DNA of 64,000 nucleotides, from the NCBI GenBank assembly GCA_044222185.1, contig JBGANV010000003.1, positions 800,001 to 864,000 of the forward strand, given 5' to 3'. The notes below the pieces were generated by a model. The model searched no databases. It was not told the DNA's origin and saw only the letters and a program-made list of their open reading frames with translations. Origin of the DNA: Planctomycetota bacterium. Its GTDB lineage: Bacteria > Planctomycetota > GCA-002687715 > CAIWVZ01. Below are positions 20,511 through 30,462 of this stretch, one piece after another; position 1 is the stretch's first letter; the number at the start of each line of letters is the position of its first letter. The position numbers and the translations under genes were made by a program.

Positions 20511-21553
20511 GCAACGGCCTCCCGCAACAGACTTTCACTCAGATGACGCCACTGACGACGGAACAGGTAGATGGATGCGAGGCGGAAGAACGTGTCCTTG
20601 CGGAAGCTGCGCACACGGTCGGAGTCATGATTGCCGCCCGCTTCCGCATAGGCCGCGAGCAGTCGATCGGCCGCAGCGTATCCCGCGCTCGCGTCATCAC
20701 CACGCTGAAGTGCGCGAAGGACGAGGTGCGCACAGAGATTTCCCAGGTCCTCTTCCGCTTCGCCGAGGAATGCCATGTCCGTGTCGATGAGTCCGATGGC
20801 GTCCGGCGCAACCAGGATGTTGCGATCATGGAGGTCGCCGTGGATCAGCACGCGATTTTGCGCCCGCCGCTCGAGCACTGGGAGGTTGCGAAAGGCCTCG
20901 AGCCAGCTCTCGAACGACCGCGGCTCGAACCGCTCGACGATGCTGACCCACTGGGCAGCGCTCGGAGGATGCGGCTCGGGGATCGTCACGTCGTCGGGCA
21001 GGGCCCCAGCATGCATGCGGGCAAGCGACAAGCCAACCTGCGGGATCGCATCGTTGGCGCGGCACTCCATGAGTCGATCGTGGAATGACTCCCCAGGAAC
21101 GGCGCTCAGTACGATCACGCCGTCGTCGGGGTGGCACTCGATGAGCGCGGGGAGGGCGGGCCCGCCGCGGGGGCGTTCCGGCCGCCACACGAGGTCGACG
21201 AGGCGAAGCCTCTCGATGAGTGCCGGCGCGCGCTTGGGACGAACGATCTTCACGTAACGAGTGCCCTCGGGCCCGGGAACCCTGACGACCGCGCGGTGGC
21301 CTGCGCGGTAGGCGACGAGCTCACCCATGGCCAACCACCGGCGCCCACGCGCGAGAGCGGGGTCCTCGCCGGGGGCCATGACGACGAGCCGGCGCGTTTG
21401 CGGGTCGAACGTTCCGAAGCGGCGCTCGCGGTCGCCGGCTTCGAGGATCGCGGGCCAGAGCCCTGAGGAACGAGGGAAGAGGGTCTGCCACTGCAGCCCT
21501 CGCCCCGAGTGCTGAGCCCCATCACTGCCATCCGCGACGTCCTCGGAAATCAC
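20507..21553 (-). CDS. aminoglycoside-phosphotransferase-like (APH) kinase
   Basis: AYRAGHRAV, YVKIVR, LIHGDLHDRNIL, IDTD...GEAEEDLGNL; GTG start overlaps the upstream stop. Confidence 0.82.
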   Translation of the reverse strand: MISEDVADGSDGAQHSGRGLQWQTLFPRSSGLWPAILEAGDRERRFGTFDPQTRRLVVMAPGEDPALARGRRWLAMGELVAYRAGHRAVVRVPGPEGTRYVKIVRPKRAPALIERLRLVDLVWRPERPRGGPALPALIECHPDDGVIVLSAVPGESFHDRLMECRANDAIPQVGLSLARMHAGALPDDVTIPEPHPPSAAQWVSIVERFEPRSFESWLEAFRNLPVLERRAQNRVLIHGDLHDRNILVAPDAIGLIDTDMAFLGEAEEDLGNLCAHLVLRALQRGDDASAGYAAADRLLAAYAEAGGNHDSDRVRSFRKDTFFRLASIYLFRRQWRHLSESLLREAVA

Positions 21554-22893
21554 GGCAGCACCGCTCCCACGATCGACCGCGCGAGGCTCAAGAGGTCCAA
21601 CGTCGCACGCGACGCGGCACTCCAGTTCGCCTCCAGGCGGCGGAACGGCAACAGCGCGAGCTCGAGGAGCCCGCAAGCGACGAAGAAGAGGAGGTCCCCT
21701 CCGGGCCGTCGCGGCGCCCCCGCGAGATAGGTCCGGAGAAATGCGTCTCGGAAGGCGTCGATGTGTCCGCGAGTCCCCGCGTCGGTCGCGCGCGCCGCGT
21801 GGGAAAGCAGGTGCGCCACGAAATTGCCCACGTCTTCCAGCGGATCGCCGATGGCGACCCGCTCGAAGTCGACGAAGACGGGACCCCCGTCGGTCACGAG
21901 CACCTGATGGAGGTGGAGGTCGCCGTGGATCGTCGATGCCGGCGGCGGTCCAAAGGCGTGTCCTTCGACGACCCGGAGGACGGAGTCGAGGGTCGCAGCG
22001 AGCGCCCCGTCGGCGGAACGGAGGGCATGCACCGCGGCACGTGCAGCCTGGACGAGCGTGGCCGGCGTCCGCGTCCAGGGAACGGGAACCTTCGTGGCGT
22101 GAAGCCGCAGCAGGGCCGAGGCGACGGCCTGGGCTGGTCCCCGTCCCGCGCCGATCACCGCCCCCAGATCGATCCCCGCGACCGCCTCCTCGGCGAACAC
22201 CCGCCCCGCCAGAAGCGATCCCAGCGGCTTGGGGACTGGCGGCCCGCCTGCCGCACCATGGAACGCGCGCGCGATCGCGTCGAGCTTCGCCCCACGTGAG
22301 TCGGGAAAGAACCTCAGGAAGACCTGGCGCGTGGACTTCTCGCCCGTCGAGTCGTGCTTGAGCGCGAGATCGACGCGAGCGATGAAGCGTCGCTCGGGCT
22401 TGTAGCGGACCGGATGCACGATCGACTTTCGGCCCTGGACCCGCCATCCCGCGTCACCGACGCCGGCAAGCCCGCCGAGGATGCGTTTCAGCTTGTCGGG
22501 GTCCTCGATGAAGCGAAGCCCCCGCAGTTGCGCGTCGTTGGGAAAAAGGAACAGGACGCTCCTGCGCGTAGCGAGAAGTCTCACACCCGGACCGACGACG
22601 GTCGCGCTCGGCTTCATGGATTCCCACTTCGCCGCCAGGGTCACGGCCCGATCGTCGGCGAACGTGCGGAAATAGCCCGCGATCGTGAACGGCCCACCCG
22701 ACTCGTCTGCGCCGCGGATCGTGCAGCCGAGGAGTGCACTCTCCCCCGCCTTCAGCCGCAGGTAGTCGTGGTTGACGGACGTGGCCGCGATGCCGGATTC
22801 CCGCAGGAGTTCCACGGCACGGACGGGGTCGAGGAGCATGGAGAGATCCCCCACCTCCAATGCGCCACGCGATCCGGGAACGCCGTCGCTCAC
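21550..22893 (-). CDS. APH-like phosphotransferase
   Basis: FPNDAQLRGL, RYKPERR, IHGDLHLHQV, VDFE...GDPLEDVGNF. Confidence 0.85.
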   Translation of the reverse strand: MSDGVPGSRGALEVGDLSMLLDPVRAVELLRESGIAATSVNHDYLRLKAGESALLGCTIRGADESGGPFTIAGYFRTFADDRAVTLAAKWESMKPSATVVGPGVRLLATRRSVLFLFPNDAQLRGLRFIEDPDKLKRILGGLAGVGDAGWRVQGRKSIVHPVRYKPERRFIARVDLALKHDSTGEKSTRQVFLRFFPDSRGAKLDAIARAFHGAAGGPPVPKPLGSLLAGRVFAEEAVAGIDLGAVIGAGRGPAQAVASALLRLHATKVPVPWTRTPATLVQAARAAVHALRSADGALAATLDSVLRVVEGHAFGPPPASTIHGDLHLHQVLVTDGGPVFVDFERVAIGDPLEDVGNFVAHLLSHAARATDAGTRGHIDAFRDAFLRTYLAGAPRRPGGDLLFFVACGLLELALLPFRRLEANWSAASRATLDLLSLARSIVGAVLP

Positions 22894-24647
22894 CGCGTGA
22901 CCTCGAGCTGGTGAGAACGGAGCGTCGATACGACGCGGCCGTGATCCACGTGGAGCACCAGGTCCGGTCCCAGCTCGGATGCCGGGCCGTGGCTCACGAC
23001 GAACGTCGTGCGTCCGGCCGCGATCGTCCGGATCGCCTTCGCGACGGTCGCTCGGGCGACCGGGTCGAGGCCCGAGAGTGGTTCATCCAGGAGCAGGATG
23101 CGAGCATCGCGAACGGCGGCTCGCGCCAGCATCAGGCGTCGGGCTTCACCGCCCGAGAGCGTGGCTCCACCCTCTCCAAGGCGGGTCTCGTAGCCCTGCG
23201 GCAGCCGTTCGATCATGTCGTGTGCGAGCGCTGCCCGGGCTGCCGCTTCGATCTGTTCGTCCGTGGCATCAGGGCGTCCGAACAGGATGTTCTCCCGCAC
23301 GGTCGCGCCGAACAGGAGGATGTCCTGTGGAACGTACGCAACCCGATCCCGCCAGGATTTCAGCTCCCATGCGAAGACGTCCTGTCCGTCGATGAGCACC
23401 GTGCCAGCAGTCGGCGTGACGAGGCGAAGCAGCACGGAGAGCGTCGTGGACTTCCCCGCGCCGTTCGGCCCGTTGACGACGACGAGCGATCCCGCCTCCA
23501 CGTCGAGCGAGAGTCCCGTGAGCGCCCGGACACCGGACGGATAGCGCACCTCGAGATCCGAGATCGACACCCGTCCACGGATCTGCGGAGCCTCGGGTCC
23601 CTGGCCCATGGGCTCGGGCTCGTGCTTGAGCAGATCCATGAGGCGTTCGGCGCAGGCGGTCGCCTTCGAGAGCCGCGTTCCGTCCTTCGAGAGTCCCCGC
23701 AGCGGCTTGTAAAGCGTCCGCGCGTAGGAGACGAGCAGGATGAGGTCGCCCGGGGTGATCGTTCGGGAAATCACCCGATCCGCGCCGAAGTAGATGAGGG
23801 CCGCGAGGCCCAGTCCCGTCAGGAACTCGGCGGTGCGTCCCATGCCGGCCGCGATCCGCGCGGCCTCTCCGCCCGCACGCTCCGTCGACCGGCTGTCGCG
23901 AGCGAACTGGCGCGTCGCGCGCTCCTCGGCCGTGTACGCTTTCACCACGCGAATCTGCCGGAGCGTCTCTGCGGCGAACGCCGCGAGCGTTCCCTCCTTC
24001 GCGCGCTGCTTGCGCGTCACGATCGTGAGCTTGCGTGACGAACGCTGCATTCCGAAGGCGAGCAACGGCAGCGGTGCGAGCGAGAGGAGCCCGAGCCATG
24101 GGTCGACGGTCATCATCATGATGGCCGTGCCGACGAAGAGGAGCGCACGGCCGCCCAGGCTCAGCCACGAGGTGAACAAGAGGTCACGGACGTTGTTCAC
24201 GTCGCCCATCAGCCGCGTGAGCAGGTCGCCCGTTCGGTGAGCCTGGTGGAACGAGAGCGCGAGGCGATGCATGTGCTCGTAGACCCGCTTGCGGATCCGC
24301 ACGGACATCTTCCGGCCGACGACGGCCGAGGCCACGGCCTGCCGAACGCTCAACCAGCCGATGAGGAGGGAGATGACGACGATCGCCACGCAGGAGGCGA
24401 TCAGGATTTCGTTCTGACGCAGGCCAAAGTACGTCGGACGGTTCGCGCGACGCCCGATGACGCTGTCGAACACGAGCTTGATCGGCCAGGGCCGAGCGAG
24501 TTCGAGCCCGGCCACGAGGACCGAGTAGACCGTCGCGACGATGACGCCCCGCGACTGCCCTTCGACCGCCGGCTTGAACACACGGAAGGCCGACCGGAGC
24601 TGGTCCGTCGTCACACCGATCGAGGGTCGTTTGAACTTCAATCGCAC
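22890..24647 (-). CDS. fused ABC exporter (TMD+NBD, MsbA-like)
   Basis: LARPWPIKLVFD, RTGDLLTRLMGDV, GPNGAGKST, LSGGE, LLDEP; GAGGA RBS before GTG. Confidence 0.92.
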   Translation of the reverse strand: MRLKFKRPSIGVTTDQLRSAFRVFKPAVEGQSRGVIVATVYSVLVAGLELARPWPIKLVFDSVIGRRANRPTYFGLRQNEILIASCVAIVVISLLIGWLSVRQAVASAVVGRKMSVRIRKRVYEHMHRLALSFHQAHRTGDLLTRLMGDVNNVRDLLFTSWLSLGGRALLFVGTAIMMMTVDPWLGLLSLAPLPLLAFGMQRSSRKLTIVTRKQRAKEGTLAAFAAETLRQIRVVKAYTAEERATRQFARDSRSTERAGGEAARIAAGMGRTAEFLTGLGLAALIYFGADRVISRTITPGDLILLVSYARTLYKPLRGLSKDGTRLSKATACAERLMDLLKHEPEPMGQGPEAPQIRGRVSISDLEVRYPSGVRALTGLSLDVEAGSLVVVNGPNGAGKSTTLSVLLRLVTPTAGTVLIDGQDVFAWELKSWRDRVAYVPQDILLFGATVRENILFGRPDATDEQIEAAARAALAHDMIERLPQGYETRLGEGGATLSGGEARRLMLARAAVRDARILLLDEPLSGLDPVARATVAKAIRTIAAGRTTFVVSHGPASELGPDLVLHVDHGRVVSTLRSHQLEVTR

Positions 24648-25747
24648 CGGTGGAGTCCTCCAGCCAGGACGCCGTCGATCAAGCCGACGGTCGCCGCAGC
24701 GGACGCATCCCACGTGAGTTCTCGCAGCGCGCGGTCCCGTGCCGCGCTGCCGAGCGCCCGGCGTCTCGCGGGGTTCGCGAGGAGTTCGACGACGGCTCGA
24801 GCGAACGCCGCGTCGGAGGCGGGGTCCACGAGCCAGGCGCAGTCCCCTGCGATCGCGGGGATGTCGCCGACGTCGGAGGCGACGACGCAAAGCCCCGCGG
24901 CCATCGACTCGATGACCTTCATCGGGCAGAAGTAGAAGAACTCGGGCGGCTCGTACGGCGCGAGCGACACGACGCCATCGCAGAGACGCATGCGCGCCTC
25001 GGCTTCAGACAACGCCCCCGTGACGGTGACGCGCCGTGCCAGGCCGACGTCCGTCGCTCGGGCCGACAGTGCCGAGGCGCCGTCGCCGCCGCCGACCACC
25101 ACGAGTCGAGCGTCGAAACCCTCCGCGACGACCCGCCCGAGGATCCCCAGGAGTCGGTCGGCGCCATGCCAGGGTTTGGGGTGACCGAGGAACACGAGCG
25201 TCGCCTCCGCGCGGGCGACGTCGGCAGGTCGAGGAAAGTCCTGCGGGTCGCAACCGTTCCGCACGACGCGCACGTCACGCTCGCTGCCGCGTTTTTGGGA
25301 CACGTACCGTCGCAGCGGTTCCGACACCGTGACGATGGCATCGGCCTCGCGGAACAGTCGGGTCTCGATGGAGTCGGCCTCCGCGTCGACGGTCGTCGGA
25401 CGGTGGCGCAGCGCTTCCTGTACGAGCGGCGCGTTCACTTCCAGAACGAGCGGGCGCCCGAGGCGGCGGGCCAGCTGGAGCCCGACCGTCGAACCGAGCG
25501 AGTAGCGTTCATAGACCACGTCGGGGATGCCGGCCGATTCCACGACCGCGAGCGTCGCGTCGAGGCCCCGAGCGGCCGCCACAGATCCCAGATCCGCGGC
25601 GGCGTCACCCGCGCCCTTCGCGACGATCGTCGACACGTCGTGGCCGGCGCGGCGAAGCGCGCGGTGGATCGATCGCATGTGGACGGAGGCGCCTTTCGTG
25701 CCGTCGAATGCGATCCCGGGATCAGAGCAAAGCTGCAGCAGCCTCAT
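24638..25747 (-). CDS. glycosyltransferase family 4
   Basis: DPGI...KGASVH, VYERYSL, LEVNAPL..E, FLGHPKPWHG, FYFCPMKVIESMAAG. Confidence 0.9.
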   Translation of the reverse strand: MRLLQLCSDPGIAFDGTKGASVHMRSIHRALRRAGHDVSTIVAKGAGDAAADLGSVAAARGLDATLAVVESAGIPDVVYERYSLGSTVGLQLARRLGRPLVLEVNAPLVQEALRHRPTTVDAEADSIETRLFREADAIVTVSEPLRRYVSQKRGSERDVRVVRNGCDPQDFPRPADVARAEATLVFLGHPKPWHGADRLLGILGRVVAEGFDARLVVVGGGDGASALSARATDVGLARRVTVTGALSEAEARMRLCDGVVSLAPYEPPEFFYFCPMKVIESMAAGLCVVASDVGDIPAIAGDCAWLVDPASDAAFARAVVELLANPARRRALGSAARDRALRELTWDASAAATVGLIDGVLAGGLHRCD

Positions 25748-27006
25748 GCCGTTCCCCCAGGGGCCGCGCGCCGTCCATCGGGTCCCCCGAAGAGCTCCAG
25801 GAGGTGCGGAAGCGTCGCCGTGCGGTCGAACTTCCGTGCGGCCGTCACCCGCCCAGCGGCGGACATGCGTCGCCACGCCCCGTCGTCGTGCAGGAGTCCC
25901 GAAACGGCCGCGGCGATCGCGGCCACGTCGTTCTCGGGGACCACGCGGCCCTCGACTCCATCCTCGATGATCTCCGGGATCCCGGCGACCGGCGTCGACA
26001 CGGCGGGTAGTCCTACCGCCAGAGCTTCGAGCAGCACCGTCGGTAGCGCGTCCTGGTTTCCGTCCGTGCCGCGCAGGCACGGCGCCACGAGAACGCGAGC
26101 CCTCCGCATCCACCGCAAGACCTCGTCGCGCGTCAGCGGCCCCGTGAAGGTCACGGTCCCGCCGAGTTCGAGGCGCTCGCAGTCAGCCAGCAGGCGTCCG
26201 CGCTCGTCGCCGTCGCCGATGATGACGACCTTCAGTCGCTCTCCCCCATCCACCAGACGCCGGGCCGCTTCGAGGAGCAGGTGGAACCCCTTCTTCTCGA
26301 CGAGGCGACCGACGGCCACGACGAGGTCTGGTTCCCGAGTTCCTTCCGGGGCTGCCAACTCGTCGAGGGGTATCCCGTTGTAGATGCGGACGACCTTCCG
26401 GTCATCACCACGCAGGAAGCGGTCGGCGATGAACCGCCGGTTGTAGTCACTGACTGTCACGAGCGCTCGGGCGGAGGCCGTCACCTCCCTGAAAACGTCG
26501 CCGTCGACGGTCTCCCTGAAGATGTCCTTGGCGTGCGCCGTCACCGTGTAGGGAACGCCCGTGAACACGTGCGCGAGGTAGGCCACGTGTGCGGCGATCG
26601 TCATGAAATGCGCGTGCAGGTGATGGAGGCCGAGCGCCGTCACCTGGTTGGCGACGAGGAGTCCCTGCACCAGCAACGCCGAGCGTTTTTCCGCCGAGAC
26701 GCGCTCGACGAACCCCATGGCCCGATCCAACGCCTGCGGCCGAAGCCGGTCGAGCTCACGCAGCGATTGGAACGCGGCCCAGGCGGCGCCGGACCCGAAC
26801 ACGGGCAGGTAGTGGACGGCGGCGACGAGGCGCTTCACCTCGGGGTGCGCGGGCTCCGCGTCCGGCGGGTGAAGAGACATCACCCCGACGTCGACTCCAG
26901 CGGCCTCGAGCCCCATCAGCTCGTTGAGGATGAACGTCTCGGACAGCCGAGGGAACTTCTTCAGGACGTAGCCAACGCGAAGGGAGCGGCGATCAACCGG
27001 CGGCAT
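25744..27006 (-). CDS. glycosyltransferase family 4
   Basis: GYVLKKFPRLSETFILNE, HLHAHF, TAHAKDIF, VGRLVEKKG, DALPTVLLEALA. Confidence 0.92.
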   Translation of the reverse strand: MPPVDRRSLRVGYVLKKFPRLSETFILNELMGLEAAGVDVGVMSLHPPDAEPAHPEVKRLVAAVHYLPVFGSGAAWAAFQSLRELDRLRPQALDRAMGFVERVSAEKRSALLVQGLLVANQVTALGLHHLHAHFMTIAAHVAYLAHVFTGVPYTVTAHAKDIFRETVDGDVFREVTASARALVTVSDYNRRFIADRFLRGDDRKVVRIYNGIPLDELAAPEGTREPDLVVAVGRLVEKKGFHLLLEAARRLVDGGERLKVVIIGDGDERGRLLADCERLELGGTVTFTGPLTRDEVLRWMRRARVLVAPCLRGTDGNQDALPTVLLEALAVGLPAVSTPVAGIPEIIEDGVEGRVVPENDVAAIAAAVSGLLHDDGAWRRMSAAGRVTAARKFDRTATLPHLLELFGGPDGRRAAPGGTA

Positions 27007-28249
27007 GAGCCCTCGATTCGGGGCGGCCATCGTCCGCGGAATCCGCGGAGATGCCGAGGATGCCGGACATGGCATGGGCGACGTTCTGCAGTCCGTCGAG
27101 GCAGACGATCGATTCGGCCGCGCGGGCTTTCACCCGGAGTGCTCGCTCGACGAAGCTGCCGATCGTGGCGGGGTCGCAGTTCTTCGCGCGGCAGTACTCC
27201 ACCGCGCCGATGGCTCCGAGACTTCGCGCGCGGATGAGCTGCTCCTGACGCGGTTTCTCCCGGGGGATGAGCAACGCGGGCACGCAGGCCGCGAGGATCT
27301 CCGTGACCGTGTTGTAGCCGGCCATGGCGATCACGCCGGCCGCACTCGCGATCTGGGACTCCAGATCGACGACGAACTCCGTGAGCTCGAAGGGATGCCC
27401 GGTCTCCCGCAGATGGGCCGCCACCTCGCGCTGGCGCCGCGCAGAAAGAAACGGGCCGGTGACGATGCGGGAACGGAACCGTGCGGGTTCACGGAGAGAC
27501 TCGAGAAATCGGATGTACAGGCGCAGCAGTCCTTGTCCATCACCTCCGCCACCGGCAGTCACGAGGATCGTCGGGCGGTCCTCGGCGCGGGCCGCGCGAT
27601 GGAGTCGTACGTGAGGCCGACTGATGTATCCGACGTGTTGCACCTTGCCCGGCACTCGGCTTCCGAGGCCGAGTTCCTCTGCGGTCGACACGATCCGCTC
27701 GTCGCCGTAGACGAAGATCCGGTCGTAGATCGTGGCGAGACGATCCCACACACCGAGCTTGCGCCACTCCTGTTCGACGCGCGCCGGATCATCGATGACG
27801 TCGCGCAACCCGAGCACCATCTTCGGGCGATCCTCCGGGCTCAGATGCCCGACCCAGTCGAAGAGCGGCTCGAGTTCGCCCTTCATGCCGAGCGGCGCAT
27901 GATCGACGATGATCGCGTCAGGTCGGAAGCTCGAGGCCGTCGCCAGGATGATGTCCGCGCGCAGGCGACGAATGGCGTCGAAGGTCCCGCGGAGGGTACG
28001 CGGCTCGTAGGTCCCGTCTCCCTGCTTCAGCACCGCGGGGAGTTTGACGGTGTCGCAGCCAGGCGGCAATGCGAATGCATTCGTGCGCGGCGACCCGGTC
28101 ACGATCAGCACCTGCGGCTCGTACGACGACGACGCAAGCCCCCCCGCGATGAGCAGACTGCGACGCAGGTGCCCGAGCCCGTAGGTGTCGTGGCTGTAGA
28201 TCAGGATTCGCTTGGGTGTTGACTGAGGCATCGTTCGATCCGTGGCCAT
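26993..28249 (-). CDS. GT-B glycosyltransferase with GT28-like C-terminus
   Basis: YSHDTYGLGHLRR, LGLRDVIDDP, VTAGGGGDG, MAGYNTVTE, PREKPRQEQLIRA. Confidence 0.9.
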   Translation of the reverse strand: MATDRTMPQSTPKRILIYSHDTYGLGHLRRSLLIAGGLASSSYEPQVLIVTGSPRTNAFALPPGCDTVKLPAVLKQGDGTYEPRTLRGTFDAIRRLRADIILATASSFRPDAIIVDHAPLGMKGELEPLFDWVGHLSPEDRPKMVLGLRDVIDDPARVEQEWRKLGVWDRLATIYDRIFVYGDERIVSTAEELGLGSRVPGKVQHVGYISRPHVRLHRAARAEDRPTILVTAGGGGDGQGLLRLYIRFLESLREPARFRSRIVTGPFLSARRQREVAAHLRETGHPFELTEFVVDLESQIASAAGVIAMAGYNTVTEILAACVPALLIPREKPRQEQLIRARSLGAIGAVEYCRAKNCDPATIGSFVERALRVKARAAESIVCLDGLQNVAHAMSGILGISADSADDGRPESRAHAAG

Positions 28250-28271
28250 CGACCTTCGGGGACTCCGACCG

Positions 28272-30023
28272 TCACTGGACGATGAACCGGAACTCGTCGT
28301 GGTCGACCTCGAGCCCCGACACCGGATCGTTGAACTGGCCCCGCATGCGGAAATTGAACCCGTTCAACGACGGCGGGAACACCGGGGTCCCGAGAGTCAC
28401 TCCCGGCACGATGACCAGCGCACCTGAGGGCATCGAGAGCGGGAACGGCGCGAGGATGAACGTGTTCACGCCCGTCGGATCGACGATGTACAGCGACGCA
28501 ACGACGGTCTGCGTCGTTCCCGTCGCGTTGTAGATCGCAGCATCGAACGTGAGCACTCCGCCGGCGGAGATGGCGCTTGTGCCGAGCGTCGGAGGACCGC
28601 CGTACGGGATCATGAGGAAGGTCATCGACGTCGTCGCCAGCGTCACGTTCCGCGTCGTGGCCGCCGTGATGGGCACCCCGGTCGCGGCCGACGTTGCCGA
28701 GAGGCTCGCATTGATCGGCCGGTACAGCAGGTTCCACGTGCCCGGCGGGACGACGACCGAGTAATGGCCTGCGGCGTCGGTCACGTCACGTGGCGTCGGC
28801 ACTTCGGCGTTGGTCACGGGATCGATCACGTCGATGTTCACACCGGCCTCCGGCCCTCCGAGGGCGCCGATGACCGTGCCCTGGAGCGTCACGCCGGGCG
28901 GGAGGAACAGGTTCCCGAGGTTGACGTTGGCGTTGGTGACCGCGATGGGCTGGAGTCCGACGGACGCGAGCGCGGCTCCGGCCGGAGCGTTGGCGATGAG
29001 CTGGTAGTTACCGGCGGGCACGGCGAGAGCGAAAGCCCCCGTCGCATCCGTCACGTCGTTGGGCGTGTAGAGACGCGTCGTTCCGAGGATGGCGTTCACG
29101 TCCAGGTCCACGTTCGCCACGGGGCCAGTGGTCGCGGTGACGGTTCCGGTGATGAGGAACCCCGGCGTCAGGCCCACGATGCCCATGTTCAGCGCCCCCG
29201 TGACGTTCACGTTCTCGACGCGCTTGGGGAGAATGGCCGCGCCCGGCGGAGGGTCGAACGTGACGCGGAGACTCCCCGGAGGAACGACCAGCGAGAACGC
29301 TCCGAGAGCATCCGTCTTGTCGTTGGGCGTGATCAGTCTCTGCCCGTTGGACATGAGGTCCACGTCGATGTCCACGTTCGCGAGCGCCGCCTGCGTGGTG
29401 GCGTTGCGGACGGTCGCCGACAGCAGGAACCCCGGCGGCAGCAGGATGAAACCCACATTCGTCGCCGCGTTCACCACGACGTTCGAAACCTGTTGGGACA
29501 CGAAGAGCCCGCCCGTGGGAGCATCGGCCGTCACGTTGTAGACGCCGGCCGGAACGACCACGGAGAATACGCCGCTCGCGTTCGTGTTGTCGTTGGGCGT
29601 GTAGAGCTTCACGCCCGTCGCGGCGTTGATCACGTCCGTATCGCCGTTGACGATCAGCGCACCCGTCGTCGTCGTGACCGTGCCCGTCAACACGAGCCCA
29701 GGTTGCAGCGTCACGAATCCGAGGTTCAGCGTTCCCGCCACGTTCATGTTGGCGAACTCGGCGGGGGCCACGGTCGTGCCCGTGGGCGCGAAATCGATGG
29801 TGTAGACACCGGCCACGACCGTCAGCGTGAAGGTCCCCGTGGCGGTTGTCGCGATCGTCGCGGCAACGGCGCCCGTGGCAACGGAGACGGCGTTCACGGT
29901 GACGCTGGCGATCGGCTGGCCCGAAGTGTTGCGGACCGTGCCGGTGATCGTGTCGGCGAACGCGGATCCGGCGATCAAAGTGACCGCGACGGCAAGCATC
30001 GAAAGAGGTCTACGTGAATTCAT
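28272..30023 (-). CDS. secreted protein with five carboxypeptidase-regulatory-like (CnaB-type) repeats
   Basis: Signal peptide ending AFA-D; five ~89-aa repeats (ITGTV...NVDxDV...TPNDxTDAxGxFxxxVPxG...LxPG). Confidence 0.85.
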   Translation of the reverse strand: MNSRRPLSMLAVAVTLIAGSAFADTITGTVRNTSGQPIASVTVNAVSVATGAVAATIATTATGTFTLTVVAGVYTIDFAPTGTTVAPAEFANMNVAGTLNLGFVTLQPGLVLTGTVTTTTGALIVNGDTDVINAATGVKLYTPNDNTNASGVFSVVVPAGVYNVTADAPTGGLFVSQQVSNVVVNAATNVGFILLPPGFLLSATVRNATTQAALANVDIDVDLMSNGQRLITPNDKTDALGAFSLVVPPGSLRVTFDPPPGAAILPKRVENVNVTGALNMGIVGLTPGFLITGTVTATTGPVANVDLDVNAILGTTRLYTPNDVTDATGAFALAVPAGNYQLIANAPAGAALASVGLQPIAVTNANVNLGNLFLPPGVTLQGTVIGALGGPEAGVNIDVIDPVTNAEVPTPRDVTDAAGHYSVVVPPGTWNLLYRPINASLSATSAATGVPITAATTRNVTLATTSMTFLMIPYGGPPTLGTSAISAGGVLTFDAAIYNATGTTQTVVASLYIVDPTGVNTFILAPFPLSMPSGALVIVPGVTLGTPVFPPSLNGFNFRMRGQFNDPVSGLEVDHDEFRFIVQ

Positions 30024-30462
30024 CGAGGGTTCTCTCTCCAAGCACCGGGCGACCGGTTCGTTCAGCGACGGGTCGGGCAGACCCGAGGCCGTGTTTCGCA
30101 GCCGCGCGGAATCCCCGCGAATGCAAACGCCGGTCCAACTGGCAGATGCTCCGGTCCGACCGGTTCACCTCTCGGCGGAACCCCGGTGACGGCAATGGCA
30201 CCGAGGCACGCACATGCGACCCCATCGGGAGGCAGCATCCGCGGGTTACGTCACTACATAGACACGGCTCAGCTTGAAACTGCGTTTTCAGCGCAATCAT
30301 CGGTGAGAGGGAGATTGGCGCCAGGAGAATCTCCCCAAAAACCGAGTTTTTCGCCGGTCGCAAAGGCCCGCCAAAGCGTGAACGCCGGAGGCATTAACAG
30401 TTAAGCGGCAGAAACGTGTCGCCGGCCGGAGCCGTCCCGACCGCGCATCCCTTCGTGGGCGA

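Noticed and set aside
20507-22893. APH-like genes as aminoglycoside resistance
   Set aside because: They are embedded in and translationally coupled to a glycosyltransferase/export operon; the fold alone does not imply resistance.
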